From Eubacteriales bacterium (GTDB taxonomy: Bacteria; Bacillota; Clostridia; Oscillospirales; CAG-272), in assembly GCA_045660185.1 (NCBI GenBank), contig JAZRDI010000101.1, positions 17,723 through 81,722 of the forward strand: a stretch of 64,000 nt of DNA, given 5' to 3'. The translations under genes were made by a program, and so were the position numbers. The notes below the pieces were generated by a model, which made no database searches, had not been told where the DNA came from, and worked only from the letters and a program-made list of their open reading frames with translations. Below are positions 46,333 through 55,600 of this stretch, one piece after another; the first letter of the stretch is position 1, and each line of letters begins with the position of its first letter.

Positions 46333-47038
46333 TAAAAGCATTCTTGGTTCAACAAAGGGAGAGAAAGCCGTCAGCATTGTAGCCATCGTGGTGTCAGTGC
46401 TCGTTATTCCGATGCTTCTTATAAACTGCATCTTAATAATTGCAAGTGCTTTTAATCCCGAGAAAATACCATCTATTGGCAAAAATATTCCCTTAATAGT
46501 TTTGACCGAATCTATGGAACCCGAAATTCATGACGGTGACCTTATAGTTTGCAAAATGGCAGACGTTAAGAGCATAACCGAGGGCGATGTTATCTCGTAT
46601 TATGACCCCGACGGTAATGGCAAAAGCATAGTAACGCATAGAGTTATAGGGGTAACCGAGAACAATGGAAGCCTCTTGTTTGAAACACAGGGTGACAACA
46701 ATAATATAAAGGACAGATATCCCGTTCCCGAAGAAAACGTTATCGGAGTATGGACAGGCTTAAACATCAGATTTCTTGGTAGCATCATTATGTTTATGCA
46801 GTCAACTCTTGGGCTCATACTATGCATAGCAGTGCCCATTTTGGTTGTGGTTGTAGTATATATGGTAAACAAGAAACGTAGTGATAACGTCAATAAACGT
46901 GATATTGAAGCGCTAAAAGCAGAGCTTGAAGCTTTGAAGAGCGCAAAGGAGAGTGAAGTTTCAGCATTAGCAGAGAATACCTCTTCTGAAAAAGAAAGCG
47001 GCGAGGGCGAGCAGCCTTCGCAAAACGGTACTGTTTAA
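46325..47038 (+). CDS. sipW: signal peptidase I, SipW (ER/archaeal) type, copy 1
   Basis: 237 aa. N-terminal TM, catalytic Ser box LTESMEPEIHDGDLIV, His box THRVIG, a C-terminal TM and an acidic tail. Confidence 0.85.
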   Translation: MSDKSILGSTKGEKAVSIVAIVVSVLVIPMLLINCILIIASAFNPEKIPSIGKNIPLIVLTESMEPEIHDGDLIVCKMADVKSITEGDVISYYDPDGNGKSIVTHRVIGVTENNGSLLFETQGDNNNIKDRYPVPEENVIGVWTGLNIRFLGSIIMFMQSTLGLILCIAVPILVVVVVYMVNKKRSDNVNKRDIEALKAELEALKSAKESEVSALAENTSSEKESGEGEQPSQNGTV

Positions 47039-47137
47039 GGTTATATTTTATAAATACTTTATACATATCATTATTTAGTTATAATAAGTCCCAAGGCTTA
47101 CTATATAAAACCAAAATATAACGAAAAGGAGAAAAGA

Positions 47138-48040
47138 ATGAAAAAAATCTTAGCAAAAAACAAGTTCCTAAAGATCGCATCGCTTTTAGTGGTAGTTTTT
47201 CTCATTACAACGTGCGTAATAGGAACGACCTTCGCGAAGTACACGACCAGTTCATCCGGAAATGACAGCGCAAAGATTGCAAAGTGGGGCATCGAGGTAT
47301 CTGCAAGTGGTTCTCTCTTCGGTAAGAACTACGGTAATACGATAGTTGCTTCCAATGCTTCTGATATTACCGTAAAAGCAGAAACTAATGCTGACTACAA
47401 CGTAGTTGCTCCCGGCACTAAGAATGACACCGGATTCCAGGTAAAAATATCCGGTACTCCTGAGGTTAATTATGAGATGACCTCTAAGGCAGAAGAGGTT
47501 AAGGATATTTTCCTTAGCGCAGGTACATACGGTATGATGGTTGAGAAGTATGGTCTCAATGCAGCTTCTGATGTTAAAGGACTTTACACCTATAATACTA
47601 CAAGCAAAGTCTACACCAAATGCACAACTTCCACCTGGACTGAAGGTACTACTTACTACACTCTTCAAGATTCGGTTGAGATTGATGGCACGTACTATCC
47701 TATCCAGTGGAAACTTAATGGTACTGACTACGACACTCTCGAAGAGGCATTGGCTGTAATTACAACAGCAACCAACGGCACGAAGGTTGCCGTCGTAGAT
47801 TCTGCTGATGCAGAGTATACGCTTACTTGGTCTTGGGCGTATGAGCAGACCGATAAAGAAAATAAGCTGGATACTGTTCTCGGAAATCTCGCTGCCGGAA
47901 AAACAAATGTTGTTAAAAGAGATACAAAAACATCTGCGCTTGACGAAGAGAAATACAAATCTGTCATTGATTTTAATTCTGATGACTACAGCCTTGAAGT
48001 TGGATTCAAGTACAATATTACAATCAATCAGGTTGACTAA
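47138..48040 (+). CDS. secreted TasA/camelysin-like fibre subunit candidate 1
   Basis: 300 aa. SipW-type signal (KKILAKNK...GTTFAKYTTSS). Motifs VVAPGT..F.V.ISG and Y.L.W.WAY, and a terminal ITINQVD strand. Paralog of the 49014-49748 product. Confidence 0.65.
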   Translation: MKKILAKNKFLKIASLLVVVFLITTCVIGTTFAKYTTSSSGNDSAKIAKWGIEVSASGSLFGKNYGNTIVASNASDITVKAETNADYNVVAPGTKNDTGFQVKISGTPEVNYEMTSKAEEVKDIFLSAGTYGMMVEKYGLNAASDVKGLYTYNTTSKVYTKCTTSTWTEGTTYYTLQDSVEIDGTYYPIQWKLNGTDYDTLEEALAVITTATNGTKVAVVDSADAEYTLTWSWAYEQTDKENKLDTVLGNLAAGKTNVVKRDTKTSALDEEKYKSVIDFNSDDYSLEVGFKYNITINQVD

Positions 48041-48089
48041 TTTAAAAAACGCCAAAAAAACCTATTAAAAAGAAGGGAAGGAGGAGCGT

Positions 48090-48953
48090 ATGTCATTTAA
48101 ATCATCCGGTGGCGCGGTAAAAGAAACCGCGAGACAGCAGAGAAAAGCGTGGGTATGGATAATGCTCATGGTAAATATAGTTTTTCTGCTTATGTTGATG
48201 ACCTTGGGAATCATAGCTCTTCGCGTAGGAAACTACCTTCCCGAAACTGACATAGTGTTTGTTGTAGGTAAGGATACGTCGGTAACCGTCGGTTCCGAAG
48301 ACAAAGCCGCGTGGGAAGGCAAAGAAAAGCTCAAGATCTTTTCAACCTCTCACAAAAACGATAAAGGTGAGGTAACCGTAGAATCTTCCGATTCCTCGAA
48401 CGTTATCGCGCCGGGAACCGAATCGGTCTATGAATTTACAATGTATAACAACAGCAATATCGCAGTCTTCTATGAGGTTGATTTTGATTTCCTTGTAGAA
48501 GTAGGCGGTATAAAGCAGAGCGATGAAGAGGAAGAAAGATTTCCTCTCGAGCTTCGCATGCGTACCAAAACCGATGACTTCGTTATAGGATCGGAAAATG
48601 AATACGTTCCTATTTACGATGCTTGTCTTTTGGGGCATAGAAGAGTGCTTGGTGCCGAGAGCTACGAAACGTTTGTTGTTGATTTACGCTGGAAGTTTGA
48701 CGGTGACGATATTACAGATACAGAGCTTGGTGATCTATCGGCTGAAAAAGGCGTTATGGCGTTTTTATCAATTGATACGTACGCCGAGGAGCATATTGAT
48801 CCTGCCGTAGTCGGTGGAACGAGAATCCACGATGAAAAAACCGAAATTGGCGGAAGTATTCGTTGGATGTGGCTTCTTCTTTTGATGATCAACACTGCGG
48901 TTATCATATTCTACGTTTCCTGGCTTATGAACAAACGCTTGCAAAAGTGGTAA
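48090..48953 (+). CDS. bitopic membrane protein with a TasA-like ectodomain
   Basis: 287 aa with N-terminal TM (WVWIMLMVNIVFLLMLMTLGIIAL) and C-terminal TM (WMWLLLLMINTAVIIFYVSWL). The core shares VIAPGT..Y.F.M.N, L.W.F and DTELG with its neighbours. Confidence 0.6.
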   Translation: MSFKSSGGAVKETARQQRKAWVWIMLMVNIVFLLMLMTLGIIALRVGNYLPETDIVFVVGKDTSVTVGSEDKAAWEGKEKLKIFSTSHKNDKGEVTVESSDSSNVIAPGTESVYEFTMYNNSNIAVFYEVDFDFLVEVGGIKQSDEEEERFPLELRMRTKTDDFVIGSENEYVPIYDACLLGHRRVLGAESYETFVVDLRWKFDGDDITDTELGDLSAEKGVMAFLSIDTYAEEHIDPAVVGGTRIHDEKTEIGGSIRWMWLLLLMINTAVIIFYVSWLMNKRLQKW

Positions 48954-49013
48954 AGAATTAAATTCTTTATATAAAAAACAAAACAAAAATTTTTACTTAT
49001 GAGGTGAAAACAA

Positions 49014-49748
49014 ATGAAAAAGATTATGAAAAACAAAAAGTTAGTTATGATTTTAGCTATGGTACTTATGGTATCTCTTGTTGTTGGAATGGGCGCTATG
49101 ACCTATGCAAAGTATGTAAGCAGCTATGAAGTTGAAACGTATACAGCTACAGCTGCTAAGTGGGGCTTTGTTGTTACTACTAATACAAGAGAAATGTTTG
49201 CAACTGCATACGGTGAAGATGATGCCAATGAAAATGCAACTATCGATGAAAATGGTAATATTGTTATAAGAGTAGATTCTTCGGCGGGTGACATTGTTGC
49301 TCCCGGAAGCACAGGTTATCTCTTGATCGAGACGTCCGGCGTTGCAGAAGTTAAAGCAAAGATGACCTTCAACTTCACTGTTGCACAGACTATCAGCGAT
49401 GGCGCTGGTTACAATCCTATTCAGTGGGCTATTGTAGAATCCGGTAATGCTCCTGCTGACGGTGACTGGAAAACCGTTGTTGCTGGTGGAACAATTACCC
49501 AAGAGTTTGATCTCGCACCTGGTGCTACCGCTCCCGGTAACTACGAGCTTCACTGGCGTTGGGCATTCAGCACAAGCCCCGAAAATGACCAGAAGGATAC
49601 CGTTATCGGTATGAAGGCCGAGAATGCTACCGTGACTCCTGCAGCTGTAAAGGCAGCTACCGGTATGACCATTGACGATGAAGCGTTGGCTAAATATACT
49701 ACCGCTATTGAGTTCACCGGAACCGTTAAGGTAGAGCAGGTTCAGTAA
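49014..49748 (+). CDS. secreted TasA/camelysin-like fibre subunit candidate 2
   Basis: 244 aa. Signal ...GAMTYAKYVSS, then AKWG, IVAPGS, YNPIQW, YELHWRWAF, DTVIG and a terminal VKVEQVQ. Strong codon bias leaves a stop-free antisense frame. Confidence 0.65.
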   Translation: MKKIMKNKKLVMILAMVLMVSLVVGMGAMTYAKYVSSYEVETYTATAAKWGFVVTTNTREMFATAYGEDDANENATIDENGNIVIRVDSSAGDIVAPGSTGYLLIETSGVAEVKAKMTFNFTVAQTISDGAGYNPIQWAIVESGNAPADGDWKTVVAGGTITQEFDLAPGATAPGNYELHWRWAFSTSPENDQKDTVIGMKAENATVTPAAVKAATGMTIDDEALAKYTTAIEFTGTVKVEQVQ

Positions 49749-49778
49749 TTTTAGATACTGATTCAATCTGAAAACAAA

Positions 49779-49812
49779 TATCTCCCTTCTCCCGAGAGGG
49801 GGAGGGGAGATA
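49779..49812 (+). terminator. GC-rich intra-locus hairpin (possible partial terminator or attenuator)
   Basis: TATCTCCCTTCTCCC-GAGA-GGGGGAGGGGAGATA, a 15-bp stem including G-U pairs, 31 nt after the subunit-2 stop. The T-tract is weak. Confidence 0.5.
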
Positions 49813-49916
49813 AAATTTTAATAAAGCTTTAGTATTTTTGAGTTTTATCTCAACTATTAATTACCGCATTTTTAAAAGGAAATCTTTATTTGTAATTTAA
49901 ACAACAGGAGGACTTT

Positions 49917-50579
49917 ATGTCTAACAATCAAACTATTGATAAAACCAACAGCACTCAAACCAAGAATGCCCTGGCTATTACCAAGAAAGTCCTCGGTATT
50001 ATAGGATATGTCATTCTTGGCTTGATTTTAACCGTAGTTTTATGGCTCGGCTTTGACAAATTCATTTTAAAATCACCCGTTCCGTCAATGTTCGGGTATG
50101 CAACTCTTACCGTTGAAACGGGAAGCATGGAAAGTACGCTTCAAATAGGAGACCTTATCGTAATCAAAAAGACTGATGATTACAAAATAGGCGATATAGT
50201 TACCTATATTAGAGAGGGAGATAAAATTCCCACAACTCACCGTATCGTCAACTACGCAGGTGAAGATGCCTTTGTATTGAAGGGCGATGCCAACAATTCA
50301 AAGGATTTTGATGACGTGACCAAAGATATGATTATCGGTGAGGTCGTTAAGGTATATCCTAAAGCAGGCCTCTTCTCAAAATGGATTAAGGCTGAAGGCT
50401 GGATATACATAGTAGCTATTTTGGTTCTTCTCGCTATCGGAATGCTCGTTATGAACGTAGAAGACAATAACGAAACAAAAGAAGAAAACAAAGAAAACGC
50501 TGATGAAAACGCCGGCGAAATAAATACAAACGAAGAGTCTGAAACGAGTAATGATTCTTCTCAAAATGCAACTGAATAA
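49917..50579 (+). CDS. sipW: signal peptidase I, SipW (ER/archaeal) type, copy 2
   Basis: 220 aa with VETGSMESTLQIGDLIVIKK, THRIVN, a C-terminal TM and an acidic Asn/Glu-rich tail. Confidence 0.85.
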   Translation: MSNNQTIDKTNSTQTKNALAITKKVLGIIGYVILGLILTVVLWLGFDKFILKSPVPSMFGYATLTVETGSMESTLQIGDLIVIKKTDDYKIGDIVTYIREGDKIPTTHRIVNYAGEDAFVLKGDANNSKDFDDVTKDMIIGEVVKVYPKAGLFSKWIKAEGWIYIVAILVLLAIGMLVMNVEDNNETKEENKENADENAGEINTNEESETSNDSSQNATE

Positions 50580-50668
50580 GAAAAAAATTATTCCCGTCTA
50601 AAAAACGACGGGAATGTTAAAATTATAAAAATAATGTAAGAAAAAACAATCTTGAAAGGAGGAAGTAT

Positions 50669-52561
50669 ATGAAAGAAAAAATAAAAAACTACGCAAAAAA
50701 GCTACTAAAGTTTACAAAAAGCCATAAATATTCATGCACTTGCTTCCTTCTTGTAATTGCTATGATGCTTTCCGGAAGCTTGTCGCTCGCTAAATACGTT
50801 ACGGCTAATCCGCTTAACGAAAATCCGAGCGCAGCAGCTTTGCACAACAATGCAAAGATAGATAACGTATCTGCGCTTTCATTTACAAACATGGCGTTCT
50901 GGGGCGGACTTGAGGACATCGGAGTATCGATGAACTCTCTTCGTAACGTTACCATGAGTGTAAATAATTTTGAAATGGTTGATGGAAAGCAGCTTGTTAC
51001 AGAAGTAACAACCGAGTACTCTTTAATTTTTGAGCTTCCGCAGAACTTTGCAGACAAGCTGGCTCTTCAGCTTATCGACGAAGCTGATAAAGCAATGACC
51101 TCGCAGTTTGTTCTTTCGGAATTTTTAAGCAGTGTAAGTCCATCAAAGCCGAGTGCTATTGTAAAAACGCAAGATCCAAAGTATAACGGTAAAAAATATT
51201 CGGGTATAAATCAAAACGGTGACATTGTCTCCTATATGACAGTAAAAGTAGATTATGACGTTTCAGACGGAAGCTATACTCTAACCTCTCAGGATAGAGA
51301 CGGCACCGTTATAACTATAGAGCCTTTTATAAAAGAGGATATGGAGCAAACTCTTTATTTCCGTCTTTGGGACGTAGAAGACAAGGGACTTGAAAACGTG
51401 GAGCTTGAAAGCGGAACTCTTTTGCCGCCGCTTATTCTTACCTTTAACGAAGATGTTCCTTGCTATAGAATCACTGTTAGACGCCCCGATTTCCGACTTG
51501 GACCTGGAGATCCCGAGACTGATACTTATAAGCTCAGTCTTGCACCGGTAGATGCGCTTCGCGATACGCACCTTGGCGGTTATCTTATGAGTATGGGTTC
51601 AAATGGCGAATTGGCTTATGCAAGAAGCATCCGCGAGGGTGAAAAAATATATCTCTCAACCGTAACGGAGACAGTAAGCACAAATGACGGTTCTGACGAT
51701 CGTGTAACTCTTATGGGTAGCATCCCCGTTCATATTGTTGGACGTGAAGAGACAAATGATCTCGGTGAAAGCTATCGAGAAACTTCGTACCGCGAAGCCT
51801 TGGTATTAACTAAAACGGACGTTACCGAAACGACCGGTGAAGCTTACACAAAGTATTATACCTACCGAACTTCTTCAAGACGTTGGAGTAATTCCGACAA
51901 AAACAAAGGTCTTTACAAAATTGAGAATTATCTCAAAACTACTACCTCAACGATAACAACGTACGAAATAAGAGTTAGAGAAGTAATGACATCCTCCGAA
52001 ACTGTAAGAACCGATTCTGTTTCCGTTGATAAAACCCACGTAGAGCAGACGGTTACAAAAACGGTAAATACCGAGAGATTCCTGATCGATGCTCTTGTAA
52101 AAGAAGACGTGACGGTTACCTACACAGAATATTATAAGTATTATGAGAGAAGAGCGACGGGCGAAGATTGGGGCGATCCCAAGGATAAATTCTCTTATAA
52201 TTTCACAGGTTCATATCCAAAGTCTTATGAAATGGAAAACCCACCTAAAGTCGAGGGCACCTATATTCCTCTTTCCACAGATGAAATTGCGAAGCTTTCC
52301 AACATGAAAGAGATAAAGGACAAATATCTCGTTTCCCAATCAACAACTAATAGCTTCAAGAGAGAAAAAAATTATACTCCGTCAATGCAGTCCATAATTC
52401 CTACGTCTCTTTATACGGCAGACCCCTCAATCTCGCTTGATCCATTGACTACGCATATTACAACTCAATCCGGAGTTATTCAAAAATATTACATATCCAC
52501 CTCTTACTCAAAAAACTATCCCTTCTTCGTGAAGGTACATTTTGAGCAGGTTGCTCACTAA
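50669..52561 (+). CDS. large secreted protein with a SipW-type signal (minor subunit or adaptor candidate)
   Basis: 630 aa. Signal ...GSLSLAKYVTAN, a Thr/Tyr/Val/Glu-rich beta-type central region, and a C-terminus FFVKVHFEQVAH like the small subunits. Confidence 0.55.
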   Translation: MKEKIKNYAKKLLKFTKSHKYSCTCFLLVIAMMLSGSLSLAKYVTANPLNENPSAAALHNNAKIDNVSALSFTNMAFWGGLEDIGVSMNSLRNVTMSVNNFEMVDGKQLVTEVTTEYSLIFELPQNFADKLALQLIDEADKAMTSQFVLSEFLSSVSPSKPSAIVKTQDPKYNGKKYSGINQNGDIVSYMTVKVDYDVSDGSYTLTSQDRDGTVITIEPFIKEDMEQTLYFRLWDVEDKGLENVELESGTLLPPLILTFNEDVPCYRITVRRPDFRLGPGDPETDTYKLSLAPVDALRDTHLGGYLMSMGSNGELAYARSIREGEKIYLSTVTETVSTNDGSDDRVTLMGSIPVHIVGREETNDLGESYRETSYREALVLTKTDVTETTGEAYTKYYTYRTSSRRWSNSDKNKGLYKIENYLKTTTSTITTYEIRVREVMTSSETVRTDSVSVDKTHVEQTVTKTVNTERFLIDALVKEDVTVTYTEYYKYYERRATGEDWGDPKDKFSYNFTGSYPKSYEMENPPKVEGTYIPLSTDEIAKLSNMKEIKDKYLVSQSTTNSFKREKNYTPSMQSIIPTSLYTADPSISLDPLTTHITTQSGVIQKYYISTSYSKNYPFFVKVHFEQVAH

Positions 52562-52652
52562 TTAATAGAATCTTAAATCGGAATTGGAATGTTTGAATTT
52601 TAGATGAGATTAAAAATTAACGATAATGCAAAAAAATCAAAGGAGGCAGTAA

Positions 52653-55600
52653 ATGAAAACGCTCAAAGAAAAGATATTATCCTTATGGCGTAAATTAGTG
52701 AATGCTATGAAAAAACCGCGTGTAGCAATAGCAACACTTTCATCTGCCTTTGTTCTTATAGCGGCAGTAGCTATAGCGCCGTCAGTTGCGCGATATGTGT
52801 CAACGGTTATAGCATACTTTAACGATAACGGTGAGGAAAAGGAGTATATGGACTTTACCGTCAACACGGTGTTCGTCGTTGACGACCAGAACGACCTTTT
52901 TGCTGCAATCAACCAAGGATATTCATACATACAGATTTCCGGAGATTTGCATAATCCGTTGGTTATCACTCAGTCCCCAAAAAACCTTACTACAGACCTT
53001 ATCATTGACCTAAACGGTGAAGAACTTTACCGCCACGGAACCGAGCCTATCTTTGAAATAGACGAAGGTGTTCGTCTTACTATTACGGACACTTCGGAAG
53101 ATCAGACAGGAACCCTTTATAATCCCACGGGGTCGGTGCTTAAGATTGACGGCGGAAACTTGACGGTCGTTTCGGGAAAATTCGAGTGCGGCCCCAGATA
53201 CTCGGAATACTACACCTATAACAATAACATCCTTTCCGAACGTTCTCATAAGCGTACCATAGTGGCTGATGAGCCCGAAAAGGTTGATCTTTATATTAGA
53301 CAAGGAAGCGGAGAAAGTGCTACCTTCACGCATTATACCGAAGTCACTGTGCCGATTATAACGGCGTACAACGATTTGTCTTTAGGTTTAGACCATCCTC
53401 ACGGAAACGTATATTTTGATTGGACCGTACAAGTCGGCTCCGAAAAAGATGAGTCTAAAAACTTTAAAATCCCGGCTGACACCTATTGCTTTTACACAAC
53501 CGACCAGGATGATTCTTATGAAGTTATGAAAATGACGGCTTATAAAGCCGATTGGTACTATACTTATCACGTAAAGCATGATACCTTCGAATATGTTGCA
53601 ACGCCTGACGAGAATTCGATAGAAGTAACCGTTTACGGCTATGAAAACACTATTGAAAACGCCGAGACCCGAGCCGACCCTGACGATATAGATGCGCCGT
53701 CTAACAATTTCTTTGCCGCAATAAAAATGTACGGCGGAGTATTTGATATACTTTACGGTGACTTCTACAACTACTTCGGTGTAAACACTACCGCCTGTGT
53801 TGATATGATGGGCGGAGAGCTTATCATAAAAGAAGGAAACTTCTCGACCCGTGTTCCAAACGCTTCTTCACATACTCACCATGCTGTTGACGCAAAGGAG
53901 AGTGACGCTGAAGCATTTGACCCATTTGACTATTTCAATGATTTCTTTTGGGGGAAAACAAACTTTGGAACAAGCGACCCCGATTATGAATTTTATGAAG
54001 ACGGTATTCGCGCTCAAAAGGGCGAAGGATACGGAATTCTTACAAGTGGCGATGCCAAGATAACAATAGGTAACGGAAACTTCTATTCATCGAATAACAA
54101 CCTCATTCACATGCAGGACGGAACCCTCGATATCGGCGGCGGTGAATTCTATAAGACGATTACGAAGCACTTGGGTGAATATGCGCATAACGATACCGCT
54201 ATATTTATGCACGATGGCGACTTGAATATAGGAAATGCAAATTATACGATTTACGGTGACTATGCAAGAGCTATTCGAATGATTGACGGAAAGCTCAACA
54301 TAAACGGCGCGTCTTGTATTATTCAAGGCGACTATGCATACGCTGTATATTCAACTATCCCCGGTGATAATCTTACACTTACCGATATTAAGTTTGATAT
54401 GTACGCAAGAACCTCTGTCGGTAGACTGACAGGTATATATTCCACTGCAAACGAGAACGGTGAAAGCGGTACCGTTGCGGTAAGAACCTCGGAGGGCGGT
54501 GAGTCGTACATCAATATTCAAGGTCACGGCTCTGTCGGAGTGTACGTAGATGGCGGTGACGTTTACAGCCAGGGCTGCGAATATACGATAGAAGGTAACG
54601 AATCCGCGGGAATATATGCAAATGAAGGAAAGGTTAAAATTGACGGCGGACACATTGACCTTGTCAGCAACATTAACTGCTACGGAATCTACGCTATAAC
54701 CAGAAATGAAGACGTAGAGGTGCAGATTGACGTTACTAATGCTCATATTGACGTTGGATACGTCGATAGCTCAACTCCGCCCACAACGGTTCATACGGAC
54801 TGCAAAGCGTGTATCGGAGTTTTCCTCGGATCTGCTAACCCAAACAGTCACGTAACGTTAAACAACTCAAACGTTCATTCCTACGAGATAGGCCTTGCGC
54901 TTTCAGGCGGTAACCTTCTCGTTCGTGACTCGGACTCAACTCCGAATAATATTAAAACAAACCGCGGCTCTGCGGTTGCCGTATCAAACGGAGACCTCGT
55001 ATTCGCAGAGGGCGGAACGTACGAGCTTACCTCGTTTAATACTACTCAGGGAAATTATCAGAACTCGTATGAAATGACCGTTCCGTATCTTAAAGAAACT
55101 AACGGCCAATACGAGATCGTAGCGGTAACCTACGATAATACTGACGGAATTTACGTCAATGGTGGCTCATTCACCTCTCACGGTAATTTGAAAATGGTCC
55201 ATACCGGACTTCAGAATCAGCTTCACTATTACGACGAAAGAGGAAATGAGCTGACCTATGTTTATAATTCTCTTGTTGTAACAAGCTATGCCGTTCGAGT
55301 CGTTGGTGGTAACGTAAATATAACAAAAGCTAACATCACGAACCATTCGGGAGGCGGAATATGCTGCTCCGGTGACGGAACGATAACTCTCGGTAACGAA
55401 AACACGGTTCAAAATGACATAATAGTTCTTGCTGCAGGCGAGGATTACGTTGAATATGAAAACGGAGAACATAACGGTACGTATAATTCCGTTGGAACGT
55501 ATGTTTCAGACGGATGGCAGAGCCAAAAGAGTATTACAGGCGGTCATGCAATAGAGCTCAACGGCGGAGATATTATAGTTTACGGTGGAAGCTATACCGC

